Origin: Bacteroidales bacterium
GTDB taxonomy: Bacteria; Bacteroidota; Bacteroidia; Bacteroidales; UBA932
DNA length: 64,000 nucleotides
Assembly: GCA_017561665.1 (NCBI GenBank)
Contig: JAFZBQ010000081.1
Coordinates: 23,881-87,880 of the forward strand
Direction of reading: 5' to 3'
Below the pieces are notes generated by a model. It was not told the origin of the DNA. It searched no databases and worked only from the letters and a program-made list of their open reading frames with translations. A program made the translations under genes and the position numbers. Shown piece by piece: positions 60,901 through 64,000 of this stretch (positions are counted from its first letter, which is position 1; every line of letters begins with the position of its first letter).

Positions 60901-61307
60901 TTTGAGTCGGTGACGCGACCCGTCAATCGGCCTGGAGTAACGTTTTTGGGGGTAGAAATCTGATCGGCTGCCTTTTTCCTGGTGATATACACCTGACGGC
61001 CGTCAATCTTGAAGGCGTTGTTTTGTCCTTCAAACAGTTTGGTCAGGACAGAAGTGATATCCGCCTTTTCGAATGCAAGAGAGACGGTTCTTTTCTTGTC
61101 CACGTCCGCCGTGTTGTAGAAGAAAACATAATCGGTAGAAGCTTCGATTATATCGAGAACCTCACCCACAGTCTTCTCCCTCACGTTCAGGGTTACGAGG
61201 CGGTTCTTCTGGTCCTGGGCAAAGGCCGTAGCGGGCAGAAATGCCGACAACAGCACAAACAGCACAGAAGAGAGCATCAGAACCCTCAATGGATGTTTAG
61301 GAATCAT
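57906..61307 (-). CDS. SusC/RagA family TonB-dependent transducer (N-terminal STN signalling domain)
   Basis: 1133 aa. STN-like segment (VTLNVREKTVGEVLDIIEASTDYVFFYN), CarboxypepD_reg-like segment (GRVTDSNGEPLPGVAIVVKDG), plug and 22-strand barrel, and a C-terminal aromatic residue (TFK). Confidence 0.9.
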   Translation of the reverse strand: MIPKHPLRVLMLSSVLFVLLSAFLPATAFAQDQKNRLVTLNVREKTVGEVLDIIEASTDYVFFYNTADVDKKRTVSLAFEKADITSVLTKLFEGQNNAFKIDGRQVYITRKKAADQISTPKNVTPGRLTGRVTDSNGEPLPGVAIVVKDGKRGVLTDENGEFTIDNLKKGTVLVASSLGMNDLSFEYTGQDELSIILKQQTNALDEVTVVAFGTQKKESVIGAITTIDPGKLKIPSSNLTTALAGNLAGIISYQRSGEPGQDNADFFVRGITTFGANTNPLILIDNIELTTTDLARLQPDDIASFSIMKDATATALYGARGANGVILVTTKRGTEGPAKVFVRLENSISEPTSTIELADPVTYMKLANEAVLTRNPLGNLPYSQDKIDNTGKPGANPYIYPSNDWYDMLFNKRATSQRATVSVTGGGKVSQYYVSASATRDNGILKVDKRNSFNNNIDFRNYTVRANIDINLTPTTRMGVRMTGNFDDYTGPLSSGDEVYSMVVHSNPVLFPAYYEPDESHKYTKHILFGNYDNGQYINPYAQMVRGYKDRNRSQMLCVIDASQDLGFITPGLNLSAMVNISRLSEFSIMRAYNPYFYKISQYDSFTGEYLLKEINEKSGTEYLGYDESSKDVQSTLYTESRLNYNREFGNHAVSGLLVFTTRELLSANMGSLQMSLPFRNAGLAGRFTYAYGGRYFTEFNFGYNGSERFSKHHRWGFFPSAGVAWLVSNEDFWEPVKPVVSNLKLRYSYGLVGNDQIGSAYDRFYYLSNVNMNSSAHAAYFGQTSSVGGPGVLVSRYANDDITWETSYKHNFAVELGLFNKLNIIAEYFSEHRKNILMDRASIPSTMGLTASVRANVGEARAHGIDIQSDYQQVWNRYFWTSARANFTWAVSRYEVFEEPEYAEYWRSHVGQSIGQNWGYIAERLFVDDEEAANSPSQLFGSLYGGGDIKYTDVNRDGKITPADMVPIGNPVSPEIVYGFGFSAGYRGFDASVFFQGLANESFWINASGTSPFQGQTQLLKVYADSHWSEDNQDLYALWPRLSSEINNNNVQTSTWFMRDGSFLRLKQVEFGYTLPSKLTQNTHVDNLRFYLSASNLFTWSKFRLWDVEMAGNGLGYPLQRVLNIGLNVTFK

Positions 61308-61378
61308 AAGGGATTTGATTGATAAGAGATTAATAAATAGTATGATTTGGTTATTGGATTATCGTCCTTTAGGAATTA

Positions 61379-62632
61379 CTACTTCTTTTCATTCCACTGA
61401 ATGAAATATGCGCCATCTTTAACTGCAAAATTGAAAGACGCTATCTGCATCAAACCTGTAAGGATGGTGGACAGGTCGTTCTTGAGTTCCAGGCTGCCGT
61501 AGCAGGTTATTCCCGATTCCTCTTGTGGAAGCACAAGGGTTACGTTGTAAAAGCGGGCCAACTTGACCAGGACTTTTTCTATGGATTCGTTCTTGAACTT
61601 GTAGATACCATTTATCCAAGACGTATAAAAGTCGGTGTCGACCACTTTGACGGAAGTCCCTTCAGCTGTCGCAAAGAATCCTTGTCGCGGAGTCAAAGTA
61701 ATATTGCTACCCTTATATGAAACATCGACTCGTCCGTTTACCAGTACGACATTCGAATAGTCATCGTTATCATATGAGCAAACATCGAAACAAGTTCCTT
61801 TCACAAGTACTTCCATTTCTTTCGCCTGGACAATAAAAGGACGATTGTCGTGTACGACCTCTAAATAGATTTCTCCATCCACATATATCTTGCGTTTGTC
61901 AGTAAGGAAAGAAGAAGGGAACCTGACTGTCGTCCCGGCGTTGATGCGCAGAAAACTCCCGTCGGACAGTGTCAAGGAGGCTGTCTTGCCATACGGAACT
62001 ATTATGTTGCACAGTTGTTCGGCACTCTCTGAGGTCAACATTTCCTCGCTCCAGTCGGTTTCAGCAGCTCCTTCGGTTTCGCTTAAAGATTCAGCGACAA
62101 TATTGTTCACACTCAACACTCCATTGGGATCATAACTTATATCCGGATTACTCCCTTCCAGATACATTTCCATCTTATCGGTAGTGATCACGACTTTGTC
62201 GTCACTTTGCTCCATGGTCCTTACAAGATACCCGGGTGCAATATTCAGAGTATTTTGACCGGTACCTTGCTCGCGGGGCAGCAGCATAAGAACAATGGCG
62301 ATGGCTGCCGCGATGGCCGAAGTGACGGCAGCTGCCCGCACCCATAAATGCTTTCTGCTGGTGGCCTTCTCTTCTGAAGAAATGATTGTCGTTTCAATCC
62401 TGTTCCACAAGGCATCCAGATCAGCGTCCGTGGGGGCGTCCTGAGTATCCTTCCAACCCATAAGAATCAAGACCGCATCTGTGTATTCGTCGATATTCAC
62501 CTCACCGGCATCAATCAACGTTTTCCACTTTGTCCGTGACTCTTCCGTAGGGGATACTATCGATTGGACAAAATCCTCGTCAGAAAGGAAATCTGTAAAT
62601 GTGTATTTTTTATAATCCTTTGCACTAGCCAT
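61379..62632 (-). CDS. FecR-family anti-sigma factor
   Basis: 417 aa with a cytoplasmic N-terminus, one TM helix (AAAVTSAIAAAIAIVLMLL) and a periplasmic FecR-like domain. Shares 1 nt (62632) with the upstream sigma gene. Confidence 0.85.
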   Translation of the reverse strand: MASAKDYKKYTFTDFLSDEDFVQSIVSPTEESRTKWKTLIDAGEVNIDEYTDAVLILMGWKDTQDAPTDADLDALWNRIETTIISSEEKATSRKHLWVRAAAVTSAIAAAIAIVLMLLPREQGTGQNTLNIAPGYLVRTMEQSDDKVVITTDKMEMYLEGSNPDISYDPNGVLSVNNIVAESLSETEGAAETDWSEEMLTSESAEQLCNIIVPYGKTASLTLSDGSFLRINAGTTVRFPSSFLTDKRKIYVDGEIYLEVVHDNRPFIVQAKEMEVLVKGTCFDVCSYDNDDYSNVVLVNGRVDVSYKGSNITLTPRQGFFATAEGTSVKVVDTDFYTSWINGIYKFKNESIEKVLVKLARFYNVTLVLPQEESGITCYGSLELKNDLSTILTGLMQIASFNFAVKDGAYFIQWNEKK

Positions 62633-63165
62633 TATAGGTAATCGTTTATATTTCTCATTAATAACAGTTTCGATCTCAGTTTATCTATCGCCCTGCCGAA
62701 CAGGTTCTGTGCGGACTGGGGTTCGATTGACAAAAAAGAGGCGATCTCTTTGTAGCTCATCTGCTCTGAGAAGCGGAGATATATCACTTCTCTCTGACGG
62801 GGACTCAGGTTAGAAAGCATTTCCTTGACCATAACCTTCTCGCGTCTTGTCCGTTCATCGATAATCATTTTCTCCTCGGCAGTCTCTACCGTAGAAGCTG
62901 TTGCCGGAGGAATGTTAAAGAAGACCGGTTTCTTCTTCATGGCCTTGAATACCCTGTTTCTCAATGAAGCAAACAGGTATTTTTTAGTGTCCTCTGCCTT
63001 GGCGAATGTAGCGTAGTGGTTATGCAGATAGAGGAATAAGTCCTGAATGGCATCTTCTACGATGCTTTTGTCCTGGCAAATAGATAGCCCATAGCGAAAG
63101 AGGTCTTTCGCATACTCATTATATATGCCCTGAAGGACATCCTTCATCCCGTCAGTTTTGATCAA
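62632..63165 (-). CDS. ECF-type RNA polymerase sigma-70 factor
   Basis: 177 aa. Region 2 (DAIQDLFLYL) and region 4 HTH (LSPRQREVIYLRFSEQMSYKEIASFL). Confidence 0.85.
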   Translation of the reverse strand: MIKTDGMKDVLQGIYNEYAKDLFRYGLSICQDKSIVEDAIQDLFLYLHNHYATFAKAEDTKKYLFASLRNRVFKAMKKKPVFFNIPPATASTVETAEEKMIIDERTRREKVMVKEMLSNLSPRQREVIYLRFSEQMSYKEIASFLSIEPQSAQNLFGRAIDKLRSKLLLMRNINDYL

Positions 63166-63269
63166 TCGCCTAACTGTTCATTAAGAGTACGATTACGTAG
63201 AAATATACTCACTTTATTTGAAAAAATTCAATTTTGCTATCTTTGCAAATCAATACTTCACTTTTTCAG

Positions 63270-64000
63270 ATGGAGAACAGAGAAGCCATCAGGTATGCCG
63301 CACGCGGCGTATCGTCGTCCAAGTCAGAGGTCCACAAAGCGATAGCAAATATGGACAAGGGGCTTTTCCCCAACGCTTTCTGCAAGATTGTCCCCGATTT
63401 TGAAGGAGAGGGCAGCGATTACTGCCTGGCAATGCACGCCGACGGTGCCGGCACCAAAAGCAGTCTGGCCTATGCCTACTGGCGCGAGACGGGCGACCTA
63501 TCCGTCTGGCACGGGATAGCCCAGGACGCGATTGTGATGAATACCGACGACCTGCTGTGCGTCGGCATCACCGGAGGGATGATGCTCTCCTCTACCATCG
63601 GCCGCAACAAGATGCGTGTACCCGGCGAGGTAATTGCCGCGGTGATTGAAGGTTCGCAAATGTTCGTGGAGAAGATGCGCCGCTACGGCATCGACATCAC
63701 CCTGACGGGCGGCGAAACTGCCGACGTCGGCGATCTGGTACGCACGATAATAGTGGACAGCACTGTCTGCGCCCGCGCCCTCAAATCAGACATAATTGAC
63801 AACAAGACCATCGCCGCAGGCGACGTGATAGTGGGCCTGGCCTCCTTCGGCAAGGCTGAATATGAAGACGAATACAACGGCGGAATGGGCTCTAACGGCC
63901 TCACCAGCGCCCGCCACGACGTCTTCTCCAAGGAAATTGCGGAGAAATATCCCGAGACTTACGAGAGCGCCATCGACAGGCAATACGTATACACTGGCAG
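63270..64000 (+). CDS. PurM-like AIR synthase-related protein, 5' part; runs off the right edge
   Basis: Not in the ORF track. Translation from ATG 63270: MENREAIRYAARGVSSSKSEVHKAIANMDKGLFPNAFCKIVPDFEGEGSDYCLAMHADGAGTKS... A TATCTTTG box lies at 63237-63244. Confidence 0.7.
   Translation, partial: MENREAIRYAARGVSSSKSEVHKAIANMDKGLFPNAFCKIVPDFEGEGSDYCLAMHADGAGTKSSLAYAYWRETGDLSVWHGIAQDAIVMNTDDLLCVGITGGMMLSSTIGRNKMRVPGEVIAAVIEGSQMFVEKMRRYGIDITLTGGETADVGDLVRTIIVDSTVCARALKSDIIDNKTIAAGDVIVGLASFGKAEYEDEYNGGMGSNGLTSARHDVFSKEIAEKYPETYESAIDRQYVYTG

Overview
The window looks like a Bacteroidales chromosome segment: it has a SusC/SusD locus, TAnnTTTG -7 promoter boxes and many lipobox signals. All family calls come from reading motifs by eye; no searches were run.

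There are three blocks:
1. **1-28.4 kb, housekeeping.** Contains the 5' ~800 codons of PFOR (runs off the left edge and is absent from the ORF track), fabD, two tRNA-Arg genes, a GH2 beta-galactosidase, rplS, an M23 peptidase, dnaJ-grpE, fabG, rimO, coaE, yajC, nusB, purD, deoC, two aminotransferases and dacB.
2. **About 28.45-42.2 kb, a visibly lower-GC accessory island with no integrase or transposase.** Recognisable genes are a RhuM-Doc fusion, HigBA, ParDE, a classic-clade AAA+ ATPase with a small YD-like repeat protein, a class-II Fic protein, an XRE regulator, a PD-(D/E)XK nuclease-like protein, a WYL regulator and a DEDDh exonuclease. There is also a tightly packed set of ORFs I cannot assign to any family. 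These include two ~40%-identical LRR-like paralogs, a hyperacidic 88-aa protein, and an FtsK-like domain protein whose Walker A and B motifs are degenerate.
3. **42.7-63.2 kb, a polysaccharide utilisation locus (PUL) under ECF-sigma/anti-sigma control.** Contains SusC with an N-terminal STN (anti-sigma signalling) domain, SusD, two surface glycan-binding-like lipoproteins, an SGNH esterase, GH78, a GH106-like protein and two unassigned putative hydrolases. The window then ends in a partial PurM-like gene.

The strongest novel signal is a 7-N7-7 palindrome (GACTGCC-N7-GGCAGTC) found four times. Each copy ends 38-46 nt upstream of a start codon: the AAA+ gene, the unknown minus-strand operon, the FtsK-like gene and the WYL gene. 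This suggests one WYL-type regulon linking otherwise unconnected island genes, and so a candidate undescribed defence or conflict system.

The island also carries three truncated 'ghost' copies of its own genes at cassette junctions. They differ from the intact copies almost only at synonymous positions. No CRISPR array, rRNA or recognisable mobile element was seen.
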